A DNA stretch of 29,542 bases from a virus (Duplodnaviria; Caudoviricetes), in IMG/VR virus record IMGVR_UViG_3300009512_000045, positions 1-29,542 of that record; one strand, 5' to 3'. Positions 17,532 to 25,700 of this stretch are shown piece by piece. The stretch's first letter is position 1. Each line of letters starts with the position of its first letter. The translations under genes were made by a program, and so were the position numbers. The notes below the pieces were generated by a model, which did not search any database, was not told where the DNA came from, and saw only the letters and a list, made by a program, of their open reading frames with translations.

Positions 17532-17586
17532 ACAAAGTATTACGTTTTATTATTATTAATAAATAAACCGTATTAAAAAAAAAGTT

Positions 17587-18345
17587 ATGTCAGAAAATAA
17601 AAATGAATTTGTTGTACCATTTGATGTTATCGAACTTCCTTCAAAAGGACTACTATACCAAAATTGTAGTGGGTCGATAAAAATTGAATATATGACCGCT
17701 GAGGATGAAAATATATTAACCTCCCCCAACCTAGTACAATCAGGTAAAGTTCTTGATGTTTTAATGGAACGTAAAATTAAAGAAGAAGGACTTAACGCTA
17801 AAGACCTTTTACTTGGTGATAGGAACGCAATTATGGTGTTTCTAAGATCTACAGCTTATGGTGAAATGTATCCAGTTAAATTAACAGACCCTGAAAATGG
17901 AGAAGAATTTGAGACTGAGATTGACCTTTCTACCTTAAAGGTAAAAGAACTTGGAGCTTCTCCTGATGAAAATGGAACGTTCTCTTTCGACCTACCAAAG
18001 ACTGGAAAGACAGTAAAATTTAGATTACTAACCGCACGAGATGAGGAAGAACTTGTTAAATCAGAAGAAAGAAGAAAAAAACTGTTAAAAAACCAAGTTT
18101 CACAACTCTTAACATCAAGACTAGCTCTACAAATTATGGACGTAGACGGAAATAAGGACAAAAGTTATATACAACAATTTGTTCAGTATTTACCAGCCTT
18201 TGATTCCTTAGAATTAAGAAAATATATGGAAGAAATTGAGCCGGGTATAGATCTGAGGGTAGACGTGGAGTCTCCTTCAGGTGCCAGCTTTCGCGCTCTC
18301 GTTCCAATTACAGTCAGATTTTTTTGGCCTAACATCGAGTTATAA
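17587..18345 (+). CDS. Baseplate-hub / tail assembly chaperone, T4 gp26-like
   Basis: IELPSKGLLY...YMTAEDENIL...LLLGDRNAIMVFLR..AYG...FDLPKTGKTVKFRLLT...PGID...RFFWP; it lies between tube and tape measure. Confidence 0.8.
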   Translation: MSENKNEFVVPFDVIELPSKGLLYQNCSGSIKIEYMTAEDENILTSPNLVQSGKVLDVLMERKIKEEGLNAKDLLLGDRNAIMVFLRSTAYGEMYPVKLTDPENGEEFETEIDLSTLKVKELGASPDENGTFSFDLPKTGKTVKFRLLTARDEEELVKSEERRKKLLKNQVSQLLTSRLALQIMDVDGNKDKSYIQQFVQYLPAFDSLELRKYMEEIEPGIDLRVDVESPSGASFRALVPITVRFFWPNIEL

Positions 18346-18526
18346 ACCCGAGTTATTTAAGGAGATATATATTTTGGTTCATCATTGTGGATTTTCACGA
18401 GCAGATGTAATGATAATGCCGATATATGAAAGAAGGTTATATCTAGGTGAATTAACCAAAGAATTAGAGGAAAAACAGAAACAACAAAAAGCCGCACAAC
18501 GAAAGGCAAATTCAAAGAGGGGATAG
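18320..18526 (+). CDS. gp51-like extension ORF, probably made by +1 frameshift from the upstream chaperone
   Basis: LFKEIYILVHHCGFSRADVMIMPIYERRLYLGEL resembles T4-like gp51. The first ATG (18410) is inside the conserved segment, a T7 run at 18319-18325 links the two frames, and the terminator follows this ORF. Confidence 0.7.
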   Translation, partial: FFGLTSSYKPELFKEIYILVHHCGFSRADVMIMPIYERRLYLGELTKELEEKQKQQKAAQRKANSKRG

Positions 18527-18540
18527 TCCCTCTTTTTTTT
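18514..18540 (+). terminator. Intrinsic terminator
   Basis: AAAGAGGG-gatagt-CCCTCTTT running into a T8 tract (18533-18540); the loop carries the TAG of the gp51-like ORF. Confidence 0.85.
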
Positions 18541-18548
18541 ATATTAGA

Positions 18549-18556
18549 TATTTATT
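18549..18556 (+). promoter_or_regulatory. Putative late-promoter motif TATTTATT
   Basis: ATATTTATTG immediately after the terminator and 16 nt before TTG 18573, which is where transcription must restart. Confidence 0.6.
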
Positions 18557-18572
18557 GTAAAACACATACCTT

Positions 18573-20168
18573 TTGAAAACAGAAGAAAGAAGACATATAC
18601 GTATAAAAGAATTAATGGGTATTAAAAAACCTTTATTATCTGAAGCGCCTACCCCTGACTTATTTGGTACAAAACCAAGTAGTGAGTTGGCCGACCAAGG
18701 ACTACAAGCAATAGTGGGTGCGGAGACTTCGGTCGCCACCGGTAGAGCAATGATGGGTAACACCCCAATCTCCCAAGGGTACATAAATAGAGTTGTTTTA
18801 GAGTACCTAGACGGTACAGGACCCTTTGGGTTAACCTATTCGTTTGCAAAAGATGTTGTCGAAGGGGATACGGTCTATAAATCTAGTGAAATATTCTCAA
18901 CAAAAACGGCTGAATATTTCGGAGAGACTTCAGGTGGTAACGCAATTATAGTTGACACACCAGACTCAACAGACGTTAAAACAAAAGATAAAGAAGAAGA
19001 TATAGATAAAAAAGAAGAAGATAATAGAAACAAAAGACTAGTACAAATATTCAAAAGAATAGGGATAAAGTTCGATGTTAAAGATCCTTTTGTTGTATAC
19101 TTTAGAAAAGGAATCAGACCAATATTGAGAAGACTTAAAACAGAATTCCCTGAGTATAATATAGAATTTCTTGACCAAGGAACAAATTCTAAAGAAGAAA
19201 ATGTCATTATTGATAGTTTTTTAACTACTAAATCTATATTATTTGAGGAATATAAAGAGTCTATGAGACAATTAATGGACCTACATAAAGGTAAAAAAGA
19301 ATATAGTAAAGATAAAAAAATGGTAGACATCTTAGATGGTGAGATAGAAAAAGAGAAAAAGAAACTACTTAAAATAATAAAACCAAGGTTTAAGAAAGTA
19401 TTTCTTAAATACTTTACCTCATTAGATGATAATCAAATATTAAAACTAGGGATGTATCTATCGACCTTCTTATCCGGACTTAAAGAAGATTATCCACAAT
19501 ATAGGATAAATTATGGACAAATGAAGGTAACTGAGGTTGAAGAAAAGACAACCACCCCAAAAAAACTATCCATAATTTTAGAACAGGGTGTGAAAGAAGT
19601 TTGGATTGATAGAAGATACCCTTGTAAAGTTAAAGTGGGTGAAGGGGAAGAAACAACAAACACAATAAAAATATTGGACGTAATCTCTCAATTCGTATTC
19701 AAAGGAGGAACAACTTCGAAAAAAGGAGGAGGAGGTGGAGAAGGTAATACATGTCCAGACGGACAAGTATGGAACCCAGTGACTAATAAATGTGAAGAAA
19801 AAGAAGGTTCGTACGAATTCCCAAGTGGATTAACTAATCGACAAGATAAAGGAAAAAGATTTTGGGTAACAATGGAGATAACTACTTCTCCCGCAAATTA
19901 CCTAAAATTAGGGTATGAAACAGATATACTACAACCACACAATCCTTTTGTGTACGTTGTTGAGATGTTGTTTAATGGTTTTGAACTAGAAAGAATAAAT
20001 AGTAGCTCATTTCCAAACCAAAATTTCGAAGGTAAACAAGTTAGATTTATCTTCCCAGATGATATTAAAGGGGTAACATTCGGAAAAGAATACCAAGTAG
20101 AGGTTAAAAAAGAGAACGAATCACTTGGGTACTTAAACATAATAGTAACTGATATAGTTAAAAGATAA
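18573..20168 (+). CDS. Hypothetical Lys/Glu-rich protein (531 aa), possible internal virion protein
   Basis: Long ORF with a TTG start (alternative ATG 18615); leader EERRHIRIKELMG...LLSE; Gly linker plus CPDGQVWNPVTNKC. Confidence 0.8.
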   Translation: MKTEERRHIRIKELMGIKKPLLSEAPTPDLFGTKPSSELADQGLQAIVGAETSVATGRAMMGNTPISQGYINRVVLEYLDGTGPFGLTYSFAKDVVEGDTVYKSSEIFSTKTAEYFGETSGGNAIIVDTPDSTDVKTKDKEEDIDKKEEDNRNKRLVQIFKRIGIKFDVKDPFVVYFRKGIRPILRRLKTEFPEYNIEFLDQGTNSKEENVIIDSFLTTKSILFEEYKESMRQLMDLHKGKKEYSKDKKMVDILDGEIEKEKKKLLKIIKPRFKKVFLKYFTSLDDNQILKLGMYLSTFLSGLKEDYPQYRINYGQMKVTEVEEKTTTPKKLSIILEQGVKEVWIDRRYPCKVKVGEGEETTNTIKILDVISQFVFKGGTTSKKGGGGGEGNTCPDGQVWNPVTNKCEEKEGSYEFPSGLTNRQDKGKRFWVTMEITTSPANYLKLGYETDILQPHNPFVYVVEMLFNGFELERINSSSFPNQNFEGKQVRFIFPDDIKGVTFGKEYQVEVKKENESLGYLNIIVTDIVKR

Positions 20169-20174
20169 TAAACC

Positions 20175-22757
20175 ATGGCAGAAGGATCATCAACCTCAGA
20201 CAGAATTAAAGAACTACAACAGGAGAGAGCATTACTCCAGTGGATGATAGATAACCAAAAAAGGGTTAACAATGGGATTAGTAATTATCTTAAATCAAGA
20301 AGAGAAATTCTAGTAATTGACCAACAAATATCAGAAGCGGCAAAACAAGTGGCAAAATCTCAAAAAATCATTGCCGATTTAGAAAAGGACAATGTTGATA
20401 GAATGGGGAAAGTGAAGAAGTACTACGCTGAGAAGATAAAAGAACAAAAAAAATACCATGCTGGGGTTAAAAAAACCTTAGATGATTTAGACGAGGAACA
20501 AAAAAAGTTAAAATCAACACTAAATATAATGAAGGCGATTACAAAATCGCTTAGTGACCAACTTGAAAAGTACTCAGAACAACACTTCTCAATCAAACAA
20601 CTTAAGAAAGTATATTTGGAGTATGATAAAGCTGTTAGGATGACCCAAGTTAGTATGGGGGCAACCGCAGGAGCTGCGGACATGATTAGAAACAACTTAG
20701 CAGCTGCAGGGGTAGAAGGTGCTAGATATGGATTATCAGTTGCAGAAATGGCGGCTAATCAAAGAGAAATTAGTGAGAGTATAGGAAGACAAACTATTCT
20801 AACAAAAGACATGTTGGTTAAATTTGGTGTTATGAATAAGTTAGTACCTGGATTGGCTAATGAAATGGCTTCTTTTCTTGATATATTTGGTAAAGGGTTA
20901 AAATATTCGGGAGATATGATGGATAGAATACTTAATACGTCAATCTCAACAGGGTTAAATTTCACAACATTAGCCAAAGAAACGGCTAAGAATCTTAAAG
21001 TCGCAACAAGGTTTAGGTTCAAAGGAGGACTCCAAGACATTGAAGAAATTAGTAAAAAAATGGTTAGACTAAGAACCAATTTCGAATCCATTGCTGGTTT
21101 TGCTGAAAAAGTTTTTAGACCTGAAGGGGCAATTGAAGCAGCCGCACAGTTACAAGTTTTAGGGGGTGCTATGGCTAATCTTGGTGACCCTTTCATGTTA
21201 ATGTCTAAAGCACGTAATGACGTTGCAGGGTTTACAACTGAAGTACTTAAAGCTACTAAATTCACAGGAATGTGGGATAAGAAGACAAAGGAATTTACAT
21301 TAACCGCTAATGAGTTAGACCGTTTAAGAGAGTTAGCAAAAATTACAGGACAATCGTTTGAAGAGTTATCCGTACAAGCTAGACAACAAATTAGATATGA
21401 TGTTGTTGGTGGAGAAATTGCGGGGACAAACTTCACTAGTGAAGATAAAGAATTGATTGAGAATTTAGCGGTGATGAAAGACGGTAAGTGGCAAATGAAT
21501 CTTAGTACAGATCCTTTGGAAGATAAGTTTGTGGACATTGGTAAGGTAACACCAGAACAAATAGAAATGTTAACAAGTCAACGAGAAACACTGGAGGAAC
21601 AAGCGAGATTAGCACTAACATTCCAAGAAAGATTTGATATGTTCTTACAACAACTACAAATTCTTTTAATACCAGCTCTAAAAATGGCGGCTGAAAAATT
21701 GGAAAGTTTTTCGAATTGGTTGGACTCTTGGAGTGATAGAAACAAAAGAAATGTTGCTTACATTTTAACTGGGGCCGCAGCACTTTTCTCAGCCGCGGCA
21801 TTTGTGGGATTAGGGATGTCTATGGGAATAGGTTTTAAGATGACTTCAGGAATCGGTGGTGCTACTGGTGTTGGTAGTAATGCGTCTGGTTTGGGGGTGA
21901 TGAGATCCGGTAAAGGAAGTATGATGAAAATGTTGGGAGCGGCAGCAGTGATAACATCTGTTGGTGCAGCGGTTATGATGATAGGTAAAGGAATACAAGC
22001 GGCCTCAGAGGGGTTTGCTAGTTTAGCAGAATCTATGTCATCATTACCAAACAAACACCTAATGGTTTTTGAAGGGTTAGTAACTAAAATTGGTGTTGGT
22101 GCGTTGATTTTAGTTGGTGGGTTAGCCGCTTTAGCTTTTGGATTAGTTGCGTTTGGTGCAACTGCGAGTGTAATGCTTCCAGCCACTGTGATTCTACTAG
22201 CACTTGGGGCAGCCGCTTATATCTTTGGAGCTGCGGTGTCCATAGCCGCTAGAGGTATGTCTGTTTTAGCAGATTCTATGACTAGAATGTTAGCGGTAGA
22301 AGGTGGTGGTGGTTCGTTGTTTATGATGGGAGCAGGTATTGCAAATATGGCAGCGGGACTAACACTACTATCAAATCCATTTGCGATGATTGGGATGGGA
22401 ATGGCGATGAGTTTCATAAGAAACCTTGGTAAAAACGGTCCCGGTGTGTTAGCAGCTGCGGACGGGGTTAAATCACTAAGTGAAAACCTAACTAGATTAA
22501 AGACATCAATGTCAGGTTTTGACGAAGGAGGTGGTATGTTTGATAAATTAACACAAATTGACAAAATGATAACCAGAACACAATCAAAACCAATCCAAGT
22601 AATAGTAAAAGGTGATTTAGGAGGTAGATTAGATGTAAATATTGTTGGTGCGGCTACTGAGAGAAAGATATTACTCTCAGATGGTAAATTCTTAAATAAC
22701 TTAACAAATGAGATTGAAAAAAGAGTTGATCTAAATGAAAAGGTAAGTGGTAAATAG
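20175..22757 (+). CDS. Tape measure protein
   Basis: 860-aa helical protein with an N-terminal coiled coil, an Ala/Met/Leu-rich core and Gly/Ala-rich hydrophobic C-terminal segments; located between the chaperone and baseplate genes. Confidence 0.85.
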   Translation: MAEGSSTSDRIKELQQERALLQWMIDNQKRVNNGISNYLKSRREILVIDQQISEAAKQVAKSQKIIADLEKDNVDRMGKVKKYYAEKIKEQKKYHAGVKKTLDDLDEEQKKLKSTLNIMKAITKSLSDQLEKYSEQHFSIKQLKKVYLEYDKAVRMTQVSMGATAGAADMIRNNLAAAGVEGARYGLSVAEMAANQREISESIGRQTILTKDMLVKFGVMNKLVPGLANEMASFLDIFGKGLKYSGDMMDRILNTSISTGLNFTTLAKETAKNLKVATRFRFKGGLQDIEEISKKMVRLRTNFESIAGFAEKVFRPEGAIEAAAQLQVLGGAMANLGDPFMLMSKARNDVAGFTTEVLKATKFTGMWDKKTKEFTLTANELDRLRELAKITGQSFEELSVQARQQIRYDVVGGEIAGTNFTSEDKELIENLAVMKDGKWQMNLSTDPLEDKFVDIGKVTPEQIEMLTSQRETLEEQARLALTFQERFDMFLQQLQILLIPALKMAAEKLESFSNWLDSWSDRNKRNVAYILTGAAALFSAAAFVGLGMSMGIGFKMTSGIGGATGVGSNASGLGVMRSGKGSMMKMLGAAAVITSVGAAVMMIGKGIQAASEGFASLAESMSSLPNKHLMVFEGLVTKIGVGALILVGGLAALAFGLVAFGATASVMLPATVILLALGAAAYIFGAAVSIAARGMSVLADSMTRMLAVEGGGGSLFMMGAGIANMAAGLTLLSNPFAMIGMGMAMSFIRNLGKNGPGVLAAADGVKSLSENLTRLKTSMSGFDEGGGMFDKLTQIDKMITRTQSKPIQVIVKGDLGGRLDVNIVGAATERKILLSDGKFLNNLTNEIEKRVDLNEKVSGK

Positions 22758-22762
22758 AAAAT

Positions 22763-25700
22763 ATGGGAATTAATATAGATAATACAATAATTAATGGTGT
22801 TACACAAGCAACTACAACTGCTGAACTAAGAGAATGGTTATTAAATAGGAATTTACCTAATGTAATAACAGAATCGGGGTTCCAACAGAATGTACAAATG
22901 CTCCAAGAAGCTTCGGTACTATTTGAGGAATCCAACCAAGACTTCCTACAATCACTAGTAGTTGGTAATGAGTTTTACCAAACCGGGGCTTACTACAGTG
23001 CGGGGGTTAATTTTGGTATGTTAAACGGACCACAATACTCTATAGATAACCTAGGTGATAGTAATATTGACAGTACAACTGATTCATCTGGAAATTTAAT
23101 GCCACATATTTCTTGCGACCTACCAAATTATATATTTCCAGTGATATCAAGTTCACCATGTGAAATAAACTTATTTGGTACAGAATTAGAATACACGGCA
23201 AATAATCTAGATTATTATGAAGTACCAACTTCAGACGGTAGGTTAGTTTCAGAAACATACAATCCTGAAACATTTGGAGTTCTCCCACCATTTGGTAATA
23301 CTAGAGTATCTAGTGGTTTTGATTTTATTAAACAATATGGTGAAGGGATTGACTCTTTAGTTAAAAAAACACAGAACCAAAACCCAGCAGTTAATCCATA
23401 CTCTTGGTTTAACTCTAACCCAACAATGTACGACCTATTCATTTCACCTAATTTCGATGGTAATTTTATGAGGTTTGATTCTACCGCGTTAGAACTCTCA
23501 CCATTAGATAATAGATTCTATGGTCTAAAAATTAGTCAAAGAGGGTTTGAGTTCAACAACGCTTCCGCTCCTGATGGTTCAGGGGTTAAAACTTTTTACA
23601 CTCCTCTACAACCTTATAACGATGGTTTTTCTGACGCACCATCTACTTTAATACAAAATACTAGAATATTAGAACAATGGCTTCTTGGTTCTTATGGTAG
23701 TAGAATAGTTAGGGACGCTCATTTACTAAGAAACTCATTCACATCTGATGATATGTACCTTAGTAATAGCCCTGGACTCCCAGGTATTGATTCTATCGAA
23801 GGAACTGTAGGATTAAATAACCATTATTTAAGTTTAGCTTGGGTATTATCAGGACCAAGAAAACCAAAATCAAATACAAATTATTTTGTACAACAACTAA
23901 CCGCGTCTCAGATGGACCCAACAGCGCTAGCAGGAGGACTTGGAGAATCAGTTATTGATCAGGATTTTGGTTGGGATAGGGCATTAATACCTGACTTTGC
24001 TGCGTCAAACACTGCGCGAAAAGTAGAAAGTGGTGCTAGATGGCAACCACAAAGGACCATTGGTAATTTTGAATTAACAGAGGAGGTGGGGACAAAAGGA
24101 ATACTAAATTACACCCAAAGAATAATTAACAACTCCACTGATGGTGCACAAGGAGTGGTAAAGGTTGGTGATTATATTAGACAGGATACTAAGTACATTA
24201 AAACAAAAAATGGACCAATTAGTAGAGGTTCGGGGGTAGACTCAATTAATAACAGTGGTCAAAAACCATTTTATAGAAGTTGGATTAGAGCAAAAAAAGA
24301 AGAAGTAGTACAAGGGGGTGAGGACGGATCACTTCCGTTAAATTACTCAAGGTACGATGCTTTAATAAGACACCAAGGACTAATACTAGGTGGTAATCGT
24401 TCTAGTTGGAGTGGTGGTAAAAGTGTAATAGAAGAGACCGGAGGTGCGCATATTGCTCAATCCGGTCCCACAGACACAAAAAGATTTATGTTTTCTCTTG
24501 AAAACTTAGCCTGGAAAGATGACCATGACAGTCTTTCACCTCATGAAATAGGACCAAATAAGGGTAGGATAATGTGGTTCCCACCATACGTTGAGAGTTG
24601 GACAGAAAACTCAAGCGCTAACTGGACACAAACAGACATTTTAGGTAGGATAGAACCTATTTTTACCTATAAAAATTCATTTAGACAAACCAACCTTAAC
24701 TTTATGGTTGTAACCGACTACCCAGAGGTTTTGGACACAATAAGTAAAGATTTTTCACCATCCAATTCCGATATGGAGGCGGCTCAGTTCTTCGCAGGAG
24801 AAGATTTTGATAGATATAAAGATGCTATAACAGATGGTAAATCAATGGGAGGTAACTCACAATTCTTTGAAGATGTTTCTGCTGTAAAATTAAAACCATC
24901 TAGTGAATTTTTAGAAGATGTTAGTGAAAGTGTACCTAATGGTTTTGACACTGAGGAATTAACACTTTATTATTTTAGTGGGTGTTCACAAATAAATTCT
25001 GCATTTGTGGAGTGGCCATATACCAATACAGAACCAGTTTGTCCAAATTGTGGAGAGCTTTGGGAAGGACAATATAATAAAACAACCGAGGCAGAAGCAT
25101 ATGTAACACGAGGAGGGGATATAAAAATAGGGGTTAGTGCTAAATTACAAGAATTAGCAGAGTGGTTAGTAACAGAACAAGGAAAGAGATATAAAATCCA
25201 GGTCCAATACTATAGGGGACCAATACAAAAAGACGCAGGAGATGATTTCCATGATGAAGAGATTCAGATACCAGATGAGAGTCCGGGTAATCAAGGCGAA
25301 TTTTTTACAGACACAATACAAAAAGTGAATCCTTTATCTGAAGAAGCAACAGCTCTTATAAACAAAGACTACCAAACCTGTGGACCAAATAGAGGAGTGA
25401 AGGCGATAGACTTATTACAAGGATTAATGAATACCTATGAAGTTACTAATTTAGAAACTTTATTGGAAAAAAGAAGTGATAGTTGGTATATGGAGGATGC
25501 GCCTGATGCTGGTAGATGGGAAACAACTTTTGGTGGAGATACTCCATACAATGAAATAATTTTAGAAAAAGACAACCAATCAACAACTACAACAGTTATT
25601 GATCCGAATTACACCGTACCATATCCGGGGTACATTCAAGCGTTACCAATAACAATAAAAGTAATACTTAACCCAGAACTAACAACTCAAGATGCTAAAG

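Noticed and set aside
17529-17556. TTTACA-N16-TATTAT sigma70-like promoter before the chaperone
   Set aside because: Suboptimal spacing in very AT-rich DNA; read-through of the weak upstream hairpin explains expression equally well.
18281-18319. GTG 18281 as an independent start for the 81-aa ORF
   Set aside because: It lies in a GC-rich stretch unlike every other A-rich start here, inside the upstream gene; frameshift entry is more plausible, though this start is not fully excluded.
20423-22935. Long antisense ORFs (259, 196, 142, 99, 93 and 90 aa) over the tape measure
   Set aside because: They are shadow frames of a strongly supported gene, with no motifs or promoters.
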